Source: Oscillospiraceae bacterium
GTDB lineage: Bacteria > Bacillota > Clostridia > Oscillospirales > Oscillospiraceae
DNA length: 44,521 bases
NCBI GenBank assembly: GCA_045595865.1
Contig: JAZOBG010000150.1
Location: 1-44,521 of the forward strand
Direction of reading: 5' to 3'
The notes under the pieces are model-generated. The model made no database searches. It was not told the DNA's origin and saw only the letters and a list, made by a program, of their open reading frames with translations. The position numbers and the translations under genes are program-made. This document shows, one piece after another, positions 27,362 to 35,889 of the stretch; positions within the stretch are counted from its first letter, which is position 1; each line of letters begins with the position of its first letter.

Positions 27362-28318
27362 GTGATTGATTTGAATTTTGCCTCTATTTTATCTTTAGGG
27401 CAGACGGCGATGGAACTGGGTTTGATCTGTTCCTTGACTGTTCTTGCTCTGTTCCTGAGCTACTCCATGCTCAACGTCTGCGACCTGTCTACCGATGGCT
27501 GCTTTACGCTTGGCGCTACGGTGGGTGCTGTGGTTGCGCTGGCAGGGTATCCGCTGCTTTCCATTCCGGCTGCCATGCTGGCTGGCGTTTGCTCCGGCTT
27601 TATCACTGCGCTGCTGCAGACCAGACTGGGTGTTGACAGCCTGTTGTCCGGCATCATTGTCAATACGGCCCTGTACTCCATCAATATCGCGGTAATGGGC
27701 GGTTCGTCCCTGCTGAACATGAACAAGGCAGATACTGTGTTTACCAAGATGAAAGAACTTTTGGCTGATACTCCGTTGGCCGGTCAATACAAGCTGATCG
27801 TTGCGTTGATTGCCGTTGCTGCCGCGGTGATTTTGCTGGCTTTGTTCCTAAACACCCGTCTTGGTCTGTCGATTCGTGCCACGGGCAACAACCCTGACAT
27901 GGTGCGTGCATCTTCCATTAACACCGTGTTTACTACTACCGTCGGTCTGTGTGTTGCAAACGCCTTTACCGGACTTTCGGGCTGCTTATTGGCCCAGTCC
28001 CAGAAATCGGCAGAAATCAACATTGGTACCGGTATGGTGACCATTGCGCTTGCCTCTCTGCTGATTGGCCGTACCATCCGCAACAAGGGCAGCATTCTGG
28101 GCCGTGCCATCTGTGTGGTGCTGGGCTCTTTTATCTTCCGACTGGTCTATACTATCGCACTGCGCTTTGATATGCCGGCATTCATGCTCAAGCTTGTTTC
28201 CTCGGTTATTGTTATCATCGCAATTTCCGGCCCGTATTTGAAGCGCCAGTGGCCTATGATCCGCCGTCAGATGGAGCACCGCAAATACCGCCGACTGGTC
28301 GGGAAGGGGGAGAAGTAA
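27362..28318 (+). CDS. ABC transporter permease (COG4120-type, TrpY-like)
   Basis: A polytopic hydrophobic 318-aa protein in the branched-chain-type permease family. The GTG start has a weak SD, so the start is uncertain. Confidence 0.8.
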   Translation: MIDLNFASILSLGQTAMELGLICSLTVLALFLSYSMLNVCDLSTDGCFTLGATVGAVVALAGYPLLSIPAAMLAGVCSGFITALLQTRLGVDSLLSGIIVNTALYSINIAVMGGSSLLNMNKADTVFTKMKELLADTPLAGQYKLIVALIAVAAAVILLALFLNTRLGLSIRATGNNPDMVRASSINTVFTTTVGLCVANAFTGLSGCLLAQSQKSAEINIGTGMVTIALASLLIGRTIRNKGSILGRAICVVLGSFIFRLVYTIALRFDMPAFMLKLVSSVIVIIAISGPYLKRQWPMIRRQMEHRKYRRLVGKGEK

Positions 28319-28321
28319 GCC

Positions 28322-29110
28322 ATGCTGAAGATCTCTCATATTTCCAAAACCTTTAATCCCGGCACAGTGAACGAGAAAAAAGCGATCCGAGATTTGTCGC
28401 TGTACCTTGCTCCCGGTGATTTTGTGACCATCATTGGTTCTAACGGCGCCGGTAAGTCCACTCTGTTCAATGCTGTGGCGGGAAGTTTTTACACCGATGA
28501 AGGAACTATTGAGCTTGGAGGAAGGGATATCACTTTCCTGCCTGAGAATAAGCGCGCCCGTGAGATCGGCCGTTTGTTTCAGGATCCCATGCGCGGCAGT
28601 GCGCCAGGAATGACCATTGAGGAAAATCTGGCTCTTGCAGCAGGAAGCGGCGGCTGGTTTTCTCACTTGAAGAAAAAAGACAAAGAGCGTTTTCGTGAAC
28701 GACTGGCTCTGCTTGAGATGGGTCTGGAAGACCGCATGAAGCAGCCGGTGGGTCTACTGTCCGGTGGTCAGCGTCAGGCACTGACATTGCTGATGGCTAC
28801 GTTTAATCCACCCAAACTGCTCCTTCTGGACGAGCACACCGCGGCGCTCGATCCTGGAACGGCAGATAAAGTGTTGGAATTGACCCGCAAAATTGTCGAG
28901 GACGATAAGATCACCTGCATGATGGTTACCCACAATATGAATCAGGCACTTGAACTCGGCAACCGAACCTTCATGATGGCGGATGGCAACATCGTGCTTG
29001 ATATTGCGGGAGAGGAGCGCAAGGGCCTTACTGTGGACGACCTGCTTCAGCGGTTCAAGGCAGGCGCTGGCAAGGCTCTGAACAACGACCGGATCCTGCT
29101 TTCGGAGTAA
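28322..29110 (+). CDS. ABC transporter ATP-binding protein (COG1101-type, TrpZ-like)
   Basis: Contains Walker A GSNGAGKST, the signature LSGGQRQ and Walker B LLLLDEHTAALD. Confidence 0.9.
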   Translation: MLKISHISKTFNPGTVNEKKAIRDLSLYLAPGDFVTIIGSNGAGKSTLFNAVAGSFYTDEGTIELGGRDITFLPENKRAREIGRLFQDPMRGSAPGMTIEENLALAAGSGGWFSHLKKKDKERFRERLALLEMGLEDRMKQPVGLLSGGQRQALTLLMATFNPPKLLLLDEHTAALDPGTADKVLELTRKIVEDDKITCMMVTHNMNQALELGNRTFMMADGNIVLDIAGEERKGLTVDDLLQRFKAGAGKALNNDRILLSE

Positions 29111-29115
29111 ATCCG

Positions 29116-29150
29116 AAACCGGGCGCACCGAAAAAGGTGCGCCCGGTTTT
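29116..29150 (+). terminator. Rho-independent terminator of the ABC operon
   Basis: A 14-bp stem, AAACCGGGCGCACC/GGTGCGCCCGGTTT, followed by T. Confidence 0.8.
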
Positions 29151-29161
29151 GCAAGAAACAA

Positions 29162-29190
29162 TTGACAAGTGGGAATAATTGTGTTAATAT
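29162..29190 (+). promoter_or_regulatory. Sigma-70-type promoter of the tRNA-Ser pair
   Basis: TTGACA, a 17-nt spacer and TAATAT with an upstream TGn. Confidence 0.6.
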
Positions 29191-29223
29191 AACTCCTGCG
29201 TTTGAGTTAAAACTCGGGTATAC

Positions 29224-29310
29224 GGAGAGATGTCCGAGTGGTTTAAGGAGCCGGTCTTGAAAACCGGTGACTCGCAAGAGCCGTGGGTTCGAATCCCACT
29301 CTCTCCGCCA
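29224..29310 (+). tRNA. tRNA-Ser (anticodon UGA), CCA encoded
   Basis: It folds as a cloverleaf. The acceptor stem is GGAGAGA/TCTCTCC, the anticodon stem CCGGT/ACCGG carries loop CTTGAAA, the variable arm is long, the T-arm is GTGGG-TTCGAAT-CCCAC, and the 3' end is GCCA. Confidence 0.9.
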
Positions 29311-29341
29311 CACTTTTATATTTCCGTGTTCTTACAGCCAT

Positions 29342-29433
29342 GCAGAAGTACCCAAGTGGCTATAAGGGGCTCCCCTGCTAAGGGAGTAGGCGGGTAACAC
29401 CGTGCGGGGGTTCGAATCCCCCCTTCTGCGCCA
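29342..29433 (+). tRNA. tRNA-Ser (anticodon GCU), CCA encoded
   Basis: The acceptor stem is GCAGAAG/CTTCTGC, the anticodon stem CTCCC/GGGAG carries loop CTGCTAA, the variable arm is long, the T-arm is GGGGG-TTCGAAT-CCCCC, and the 3' end is GCCA. Confidence 0.9.
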
Positions 29434-29472
29434 CAACACCGTGAACGATTTCGTTCACGGTGTTGTTTTTTT
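29434..29472 (+). terminator. Rho-independent terminator after the tRNA pair
   Basis: A 16-bp stem, ACAACACCGTGAACGA/TCGTTCACGGTGTTGT, followed by TTTTTT. Confidence 0.8.
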
Positions 29473-29478
29473 ATACTG

Positions 29479-29511
29479 AAAAGGCCTGAGTTCGAAATGA
29501 ACTCAGGCCTT
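29479..29511 (-). terminator. Terminator hairpin of the glucokinase gene (minus strand)
   Basis: A 13-bp stem, AAGGCCTGAGTTC/GAACTCAGGCCTT, sits 7 nt beyond the stop, with a short T-run on the minus strand. Confidence 0.65.
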
Positions 29512-29517
29512 AATTGA

Positions 29518-30462
29518 TCAATTCCCAAGCACTAACTTAGCGGCACCATAAATACCGGCGTCGTTGCCAAGAATTGCAAGACCGAATCGAGTGGGTTCGG
29601 TAGCAGGGAAGGCGTGCTTAATAAAAGCAGGTTGCACCAAATCAATGAGAAACTCTCCGGCCTTGGATACGCCACCACCCAAAACAAAGACTTCGGGATC
29701 ACAGACGCAGGATACAATAGCCAGAGCGCGGCCAAGCACTTCGCCGCAGAATTTTGCTATTTGAAGTGCGATGGCATCGCCTGCTTTTGCCTGATCCAAA
29801 ACGTCTTTGGCGGAAAAGTTTTCGATACTGCGCAGGGGGGAGGGGGTGTCACAGGCGGCAAGGAACCGCTTAGCCTGATTGACAATTCCGGTGGCGGAAG
29901 CATATTGCTCCAGACAGCCGTGCTTGCCGCAGCCGCAAACGGCGGTTTCATCGGGATTTACTTTCATGTGACCGATTTCACCGCTTGAACCATGGATGCC
30001 GGTCAGCAGTTTGCCGTCCACGATCACACCACCGCCAACACCGGTTCCGAGCGTGATCAGAACCATGTTGGAGCTGCCCTTGCCGCCGCCCTGCCACATT
30101 TCGCCCAAAGCAGCAGCGTTGGCATCGTTGGCGACCTTGACCGGACAGCAACACAGTGCGGAAAAACGCTCGGCAACGTCAAAACCACCCCAGCTGTTCA
30201 GGTTGACGCAAGGTTTTACGAATTTTTCGTCCAGAACGGCACCGGGAACGCCCAGACCGGCACCCAGCAAATCGTCGTGATCGATTCCATGGCGCTCCAG
30301 AGCTTCATTCATGGATAGAGCAATATCGGTCAGGATATATTTACCGGAATCCTCGGTACGGGTGGGGATTTCCCATTTGTCTAGAAGGGCACCCTCAGTG
30401 TTGAATAAACCGACTTTCACGGTAGTACCGCCAAGGTCAACTCCAAAAACATATTTTGACAT
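29518..30462 (-). CDS. glcK: ROK-family glucokinase
   Basis: Contains FGVDLGGTTVKVGLF..., ...VANDANAAALGE... and the zinc motif CGCGKHGCLEQYAS. Confidence 0.88.
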   Translation of the reverse strand: MSKYVFGVDLGGTTVKVGLFNTEGALLDKWEIPTRTEDSGKYILTDIALSMNEALERHGIDHDDLLGAGLGVPGAVLDEKFVKPCVNLNSWGGFDVAERFSALCCCPVKVANDANAAALGEMWQGGGKGSSNMVLITLGTGVGGGVIVDGKLLTGIHGSSGEIGHMKVNPDETAVCGCGKHGCLEQYASATGIVNQAKRFLAACDTPSPLRSIENFSAKDVLDQAKAGDAIALQIAKFCGEVLGRALAIVSCVCDPEVFVLGGGVSKAGEFLIDLVQPAFIKHAFPATEPTRFGLAILGNDAGIYGAAKLVLGN

Positions 30463-30492
30463 AAATTAAGTACCTCGATTCATTTCATGAGT

Positions 30493-30909
30493 TTATCTGT
30501 TTTCGATTAGATCATCAATAAGTTCCAAAAGCGCCGCTGTAGTTTCTTCGCTTTCGTAGTTTATGACAAGGGTTTCCTCATTGGCAAGAGACAGAACAAG
30601 TGCATTGTCTATTTTAATGGATGAGCATAATGTGTATTCGCCCCACACATCATTTCTCCAAGTACCCCAACGATACTTTCGGGTTTCGTTGCCGTTAACC
30701 AAAGTGCCGGGATCAAACTCATTCACTAATTCTATATTAGTGACGTAATCATAATTTACACTAAAGTTGAAGTTTTCGGGAGCTGTAACAGTCAGTTTAT
30801 CTTCACCGAAATCAAGATAAGTGGAAGTACCGCCGCGCACATTCGAAAAAACCATAAAAGCAACGACGATGACAATCAACCAGATAAAGTTTTTTAAGCG
30901 TTCACTCAT
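30493..30909 (-). CDS. Small membrane-anchored protein (N-terminal TM, bacterial PH-like beta-rich domain?), function unknown
   Basis: The ATG at 30909 follows GGAGGA. The 138-aa protein MSERLKNFIWLIVIVVAFMVF... starts 16 nt downstream of the histidine kinase stop. The track ORF's upstream extension overlaps the kinase gene. Confidence 0.6.
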   Translation of the reverse strand: MSERLKNFIWLIVIVVAFMVFSNVRGGTSTYLDFGEDKLTVTAPENFNFSVNYDYVTNIELVNEFDPGTLVNGNETRKYRWGTWRNDVWGEYTLCSSIKIDNALVLSLANEETLVINYESEETTAALLELIDDLIENR

Positions 30910-30925
30910 GAGAAAATCCTCCTGG

Positions 30926-32176
30926 TTAATGGCTGATAGTAAAATAGAAAGACGTTCCTTTTCCGTATTCGCTTTCCAGCCAGATCTTTTCATCGAGACC
31001 TCTGGCGATTTCCTCGGCAATTGCCAAACCCAGGCCGCTGCCGGAGCTGTTGTGAGCGATATCAGCCTTATAAAAACGCTCGAACACACGGGGAACATCT
31101 TCTGCACGGATACCTGGTCCGTTGTCGCGAATGCAGAAAGTGACATATTTGGAGTGAATCTGGTTGGACACCCAAATGCTTCCGCCGGTTCCGGTAAACT
31201 TTACAGCGTTATCCATCAATGTTTCAATCAGTGTGATGATTTTATCGGGGTCGGTATGTAATGCAGGAATATCATTTAGCTTTAATTCAGAAGTGTCCAA
31301 GCAGATACCCAGGTCGCCGCAAAGCATCATATACCGATCCATGACCGGAGGGATCAGGCCATCGGCGTAAACGGTAATTTTTTTGAATTCAGCACGGTTG
31401 CTTTGCAGTTTAGAAAGCTCAAGGATATCCAAAACAAGATGCTCCAGACGGTCAGTTTCTTCAATGATTTTTGCGCTGAATCGGTGCTTTGCTTCCTGAT
31501 CTTTCAGCATGCCGTCGTGCAGGACCTCGGTCATAGCCCGGATGGAAGTAATGGGAGTTTTTAATTCATGGCTGACATTCGCAATGAGGTCACGGCGCAT
31601 TCGGGTTAACTCACGCTCTTTTTTTATGGTGATTACAGTGAACAGTACACCGACAAAATAGACGATGGAAAATATTACAATGTATATAAGCAGGGAAGAA
31701 TCCAGATCAGGCAGATCGCGCAGCAGGACAGAAACAAATTGATGTCCGCCCGGACCGGTTAACATTACCGCAGCGACAAGTCCAAAGATGTGGCGCGGAT
31801 CTTCGTCACGGTTATCAAGCAAAAATTGGGTGGGGAGAAACAGTTCTCCTTCTTCCAATGTTTGCGGAACATAGCTACTGATTTTGTCCTGTTGACTTTC
31901 GTGAAGAAACGCTCTTTGATGTGAGATCAAAAAGCAATCATCGGTATAGAAATAATGTTCCATACCGAAAATCATCACTTCGTCCATTAATCCGGCGGAC
32001 AGTATCTGTTCGCCTTTTTCATAAGCGATTTCAAGTAAATCGGCTTTGTTTTTTGTGACGGGAATCAGCCAAATGACAAAACAGCCGGCAACGATACCGA
32101 AAAGATAACCGATCAAAAGTGTAAAAACAATAAAACGTTTGCGGCGGGTATTGCCGCCTTTTCCTCGCTTACTCAT
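30926..32176 (-). CDS. Sensor histidine kinase (two TM segments, ~140-aa extracytoplasmic loop, HisKA + HATPase_c)
   Basis: Contains the H-box VSHELKTPITSI, the N-box DNAVKFT and the G-boxes DNGPGI and GSGLGLAI. Confidence 0.9.
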   Translation of the reverse strand: MSKRGKGGNTRRKRFIVFTLLIGYLFGIVAGCFVIWLIPVTKNKADLLEIAYEKGEQILSAGLMDEVMIFGMEHYFYTDDCFLISHQRAFLHESQQDKISSYVPQTLEEGELFLPTQFLLDNRDEDPRHIFGLVAAVMLTGPGGHQFVSVLLRDLPDLDSSLLIYIVIFSIVYFVGVLFTVITIKKERELTRMRRDLIANVSHELKTPITSIRAMTEVLHDGMLKDQEAKHRFSAKIIEETDRLEHLVLDILELSKLQSNRAEFKKITVYADGLIPPVMDRYMMLCGDLGICLDTSELKLNDIPALHTDPDKIITLIETLMDNAVKFTGTGGSIWVSNQIHSKYVTFCIRDNGPGIRAEDVPRVFERFYKADIAHNSSGSGLGLAIAEEIARGLDEKIWLESEYGKGTSFYFTISH

Positions 32177-32855
32177 GGCGTTCCTCGATCATGTATCCGA
32201 CTCCGTAAACGCTGCGGAAGGAAACCATGGCACGGTGCTCGGGCAATTTGCCCCGGATGCGGGCAAGAAGTGTGTCCACAGCACGGACATCGCCGTAGTA
32301 GTCGTATCCCCACACGGCATCAAGAATTTCCTCGCGGGAGGCCACCTCGCCGGCTCGGCTCAGCAAAAAGGCAAGCAGTTCCACCTCACGCGGGGTCATT
32401 TTTACGGATTCTTCCAGAATGAATACCTCATATGCTTTTGGGTTGACTCGCAGGTTGCCCAGCTGCAGGATACTGCTTTCCTTGCGCGGGGCGGTGCGGC
32501 GCAAAACGGTTTTGACCCGCGTAACAACTTCTTTGGGAGAAAAAGGTTTGGTTACATAATCGTCGGCGCCCAGCTCCAGGCCGACGATGCGGTCGGATTC
32601 GTCCACCTTGGCACTGAGGATGATGATGGGAACATCATTGTCTTTGCGGATCTGACGGCAGACATCGGTACCAAAGAGCTTTGGCAACATAATGTCAAGT
32701 ATGACAAGATCAACCGGGTTCTGCCGGATCATTTCCAGAGAAGCGGCTCCGTCATACGCGGAAAGCACCTGGAAACCGGCTTCTTCGAGATACAGCTGAA
32801 GCGTCTGGTGTACGGTTTCATTGTCATCACAAATTAGAACGGTAGATCCGATCAT
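32169..32855 (-). CDS. OmpR/PhoB-family response regulator
   Basis: The ATG at 32855 follows AGGAGGT. The receiver domain has VLICDDN...LVILDIMLP..., and the winged-helix C-terminus carries YGVGY. The stop overlaps the kinase start by 8 nt. Confidence 0.9.
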   Translation of the reverse strand: MIGSTVLICDDNETVHQTLQLYLEEAGFQVLSAYDGAASLEMIRQNPVDLVILDIMLPKLFGTDVCRQIRKDNDVPIIILSAKVDESDRIVGLELGADDYVTKPFSPKEVVTRVKTVLRRTAPRKESSILQLGNLRVNPKAYEVFILEESVKMTPREVELLAFLLSRAGEVASREEILDAVWGYDYYGDVRAVDTLLARIRGKLPEHRAMVSFRSVYGVGYMIEERHE

Positions 32856-32975
32856 GAGAGAATACCTCCTGTGCAGCAGAAGTGGAGAGGAAAGAATTCC
32901 GTACTTCAGTTTAGCTGATTTAAACAAAAAACACAAGGTTGGAATGGTTTGAGGTGACAAAAAACATGGATTTTG

Positions 32976-32993
32976 ACATTTGTGTAACATTTG
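32976..32993. repeat. Tandem direct repeat ACATTTG-N4-ACATTTG (11-bp period), a candidate response-regulator site
   Basis: Exact 7-mers lie at 32976-32982 and 32987-32993, with a near copy ACATTTT at 33012-33018. All sit in the 232-bp divergent region between the response regulator and the Opp-like operon. Confidence 0.3.
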
Positions 32994-33087
32994 GGCAGAG
33001 ATTGCGTCACAACATTTTATGCGCTCTGTGGTAAGGTATGGGCACAATGGTGTGAATACACCAAAAAAATGTAAAGGGGAAAGAAAA

Positions 33088-34767
33088 ATGAAGAAGATTC
33101 TTGCGCTTCTGTTGGCACTGTGCATGCTGTTTGCTATTGCAGCCTGCGGCAACGCTGACAAAAAACCCGATGAAAGCAAAACTCCTGACGCATCTCCCAG
33201 CATCGACACCTCCGGTGACAACGAGCAGTTGGAAGGCGAGCCCGTAAAGACCGACTACGTCAAGGACGAAGTCATTGTCGCTGAAAAGACCAACACCTCT
33301 TTGACTCCCTGGGGCACCAACAACGGTACAGCCGGTGTCTACTCGGTCTATGAGATGCTGTACGAGTGTGATGCCGACGGTATGTACCCTGTTCTGGCTG
33401 ATGCTACATATGAAGGCACCCTGATGGCTGGCTGTGACCACGAGCCCGGCTCCGGTATCTACAAGGTCAAGATCTATGACTACATCAAGGATCATAAGGG
33501 CAACCCTGTGACCGCTTCCGACGTTGCTTACTGCTACAACTATCAGTTTGCCAACGAGCACACATCCGGCTGGGGCGACTTTGTCAAGGCTACTGCCGAA
33601 GACGCCACCACCGTCGTGTTCGAGTTTACCAAGGAGCAGAACGGCGTTGGCCAGTTGCTGAACTTTATGGCCCGCTGCTTCATCACCTCTGAGAAGGCCC
33701 ACACCGAGAGTCCTTCCAAGCTGGCTGAAGAAATGATCGGCACCGGTCCCTACAAGATGACCAAGTACACCACCGGTTCCCAGCTTGAGTTGGAGAAGAA
33801 CGAGGATTACTGGCAGACTAACGAAGAACTGTTGGCCCCCACTCAGTACGCCAACGTGCAGAAGGTGGTCTACAAGTTCATCGACGAGGCAGCTCAGAAG
33901 GTCACCGCTCTGCAGACCGGCGAGGTTGACATCGTCCGTGAAATGCCCGCTACTTCTCTGGCTGACTTCCAGGACGGCGGCAAGTACGACGACCAGTACA
34001 ATGTCTATGCTTACTCTGCCAAGTTCGTTTACTACCTGAACCCTAACTGCAACGAAGCCAGCATCATGAACGACATCAACATGCGTTTGGCAGTGTTCAA
34101 CGCCATTGATCAGGACGGTCTGATCCAGGCTCTGGGCGGCACTGAGACCCGAATCCACGGCTATGTCTCCTACTACAGCGGTTTCTATGATGCTTCCTGG
34201 GTCGATTATGCGTCCATGGACAACTACAATACCAAGGATAAGGTCGATCCCGCCGTTGTCAAGTCCTATCTGGATAAGGCCGGCTACAAGGGCGAGACCA
34301 TCACCCTGCTCACCAACAGTGGCGGTCAAACCCAGGCTCAGATCATTGCCGCTCAGCTGATCGCCCAGGGCATTAAGTGCGAGTACAAGGCTCTGGACCA
34401 GGCCGCCTACAAGACCGCTACCGCAGATCCTACCGCATGGGATCTGGACTTCGGCATGATGGCCGGCTCCGAAATGGCCACCGTGTGGCTGCATGGCTTC
34501 GGCTATGAGAATATGCCCAACGGCGACTGCACCAACAACTTCGTCGTCAACGACGAGTGGAACGACCTGCTGGTTGAGATCTGCACCGAGGAAGGCCACA
34601 CTGCCGAGAATATGCAGAAGTGGTGGCAGATCGCTGTTGACAATGCCTACACCATGGGTTTGTACAACGGCAAGACCTTCGACATCGTCCCTGCTGATAT
34701 GGAGACCTATGTCATGGGTGACAAGCAGGGCCTGCTGCCTGGTGCCTGCGTCTATGCCGAGTCCTGA
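33088..34767 (+). CDS. ABC transporter substrate-binding lipoprotein, family 5 (OppA/DppA-like)
   Basis: The lipoprotein signal MKKILALLLALCMLFAIAAC is present. The 559-aa family-5 body shows strongly biased, GC3-rich codon use. Confidence 0.88.
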   Translation: MKKILALLLALCMLFAIAACGNADKKPDESKTPDASPSIDTSGDNEQLEGEPVKTDYVKDEVIVAEKTNTSLTPWGTNNGTAGVYSVYEMLYECDADGMYPVLADATYEGTLMAGCDHEPGSGIYKVKIYDYIKDHKGNPVTASDVAYCYNYQFANEHTSGWGDFVKATAEDATTVVFEFTKEQNGVGQLLNFMARCFITSEKAHTESPSKLAEEMIGTGPYKMTKYTTGSQLELEKNEDYWQTNEELLAPTQYANVQKVVYKFIDEAAQKVTALQTGEVDIVREMPATSLADFQDGGKYDDQYNVYAYSAKFVYYLNPNCNEASIMNDINMRLAVFNAIDQDGLIQALGGTETRIHGYVSYYSGFYDASWVDYASMDNYNTKDKVDPAVVKSYLDKAGYKGETITLLTNSGGQTQAQIIAAQLIAQGIKCEYKALDQAAYKTATADPTAWDLDFGMMAGSEMATVWLHGFGYENMPNGDCTNNFVVNDEWNDLLVEICTEEGHTAENMQKWWQIAVDNAYTMGLYNGKTFDIVPADMETYVMGDKQGLLPGACVYAES

Positions 34768-34806
34768 TTGTTTGACAATCGAATCGCCTGATTTCTGATT
34801 GACAAC

Positions 34807-34842
34807 GGAGCGGGGTCACCCCCTAGCGGGTGACGCCGCTCC
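34807..34842 (+). promoter_or_regulatory. Intercistronic GC-rich hairpin between the binding-protein and permease genes
   Basis: The stem GGAGCGGGGTCACCC/GGGTGACGCCGCTCC pairs 14 of 15 positions, followed by TTCT. There is no long T-run. Confidence 0.5.
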
Positions 34843-34932
34843 TTCTAAAACGGAAAAGTCACATCTACGCCACATTTAAATGTGTTTATGTAACATTTTC
34901 CGTGACCCCTCCTGTGAAAAGAGGTTTGAACT

Positions 34933-35889
34933 ATGTGGAGATATATTGTAAAACGCCTGCTTTGGCTGGTTGTAATTACAGTTTGTGTGGCCATTTTGAT
35001 TTTCGTTGTTATGTGGTTTGTGCCCGGCGATCCGGCACAGATTATTCTGGGCAATGTCAGTGCGGCGGATATTAACGCGCTGCGCGAAAAAATGGGTTTG
35101 AATGACCCGTTTTTAACTCAGTTGGGCCGGTATCTGTGGGATCTGATCCATCTGGATTTTGGTGAGTCCTATACGTATAAGGTGCCTGTCATCAGCGCCT
35201 TTGCTGAACGACTGCCCCGCACTGTGCTACTGGGCATGTGCTCCATCGTGCTGAATGTGGTGATTGGCATTCCCCTGGGTATTTCGGCTGCCCGCCACCG
35301 CAACAGCTTCCGCGATCAGGGCCTGTTGTTCTTTGCTATGCTGGTCATTTCCATGCCCCAGTTCTTCGTGGCGCAGATGCTGGTCATCCTGTTCGCCGTG
35401 CAGCTTAATTGGCTGCCGCCCTTCGGAATCGGAACCTGGCAGCATTGGATTTTGCCCATCCTGTCCAGTGCTCTGTCCGGGATCGCGCAGATCGCCCGTC
35501 AGACCCGATCTGCCGTGTTGGAGACCATCCGTGCCGACTTTGTCACCACCGCCCGTGCCAAGGGTCTTGAGGAGCGCAAGGTCATCTATAAGCACATGCT
35601 GCCCAACGCTCTGATTCCCGTGGTCAGCGATCTTGGAATGCAGTTGTCCTTCATTGTCGCCGGATCGGTGGTCATCGAGTCGGTGTTCTCATTCCCCGGC
35701 ATCGGCACCTATATGCTCAACGGCATCAGTGGGCGTGACTATCCCGTTATTCGTGGCTGTGTGCTTCTGTTGGCGATTTTCTCTGCCGTGGTCATTTTGC
35801 TGGTTGACCTGGTGTATGCTTATCTGGATCCTCGCATCAAGGCACAGTATGTGAACTATGCGGCAAAGAAAGGGGGTAAGGCAAAATGA
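34933..35889 (+). CDS. ABC transporter permease (OppB/DppB-like)
   Basis: It has the N-terminus MWRYIVKRLLWLVVI and a BPD_transp_1 signature region. Confidence 0.9.
   Translation: MWRYIVKRLLWLVVITVCVAILIFVVMWFVPGDPAQIILGNVSAADINALREKMGLNDPFLTQLGRYLWDLIHLDFGESYTYKVPVISAFAERLPRTVLLGMCSIVLNVVIGIPLGISAARHRNSFRDQGLLFFAMLVISMPQFFVAQMLVILFAVQLNWLPPFGIGTWQHWILPILSSALSGIAQIARQTRSAVLETIRADFVTTARAKGLEERKVIYKHMLPNALIPVVSDLGMQLSFIVAGSVVIESVFSFPGIGTYMLNGISGRDYPVIRGCVLLLAIFSAVVILLVDLVYAYLDPRIKAQYVNYAAKKGGKAK

Noticed and set aside
30910-31146. Upstream extensions of the small membrane-protein ORF (30910-31146) and of the response-regulator ORF (32856-33221).
   Set aside because: Each extension overlaps the neighbouring gene or the divergent promoter region. 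Internal ATGs with strong SD sites give the canonical N-termini.
33007-34599. A 530-aa minus-strand ORF opposite the OppA-like gene.
   Set aside because: It is the same codon-aligned antisense artefact. The sense gene has a lipoprotein signal, family-5 features and strong codon bias.
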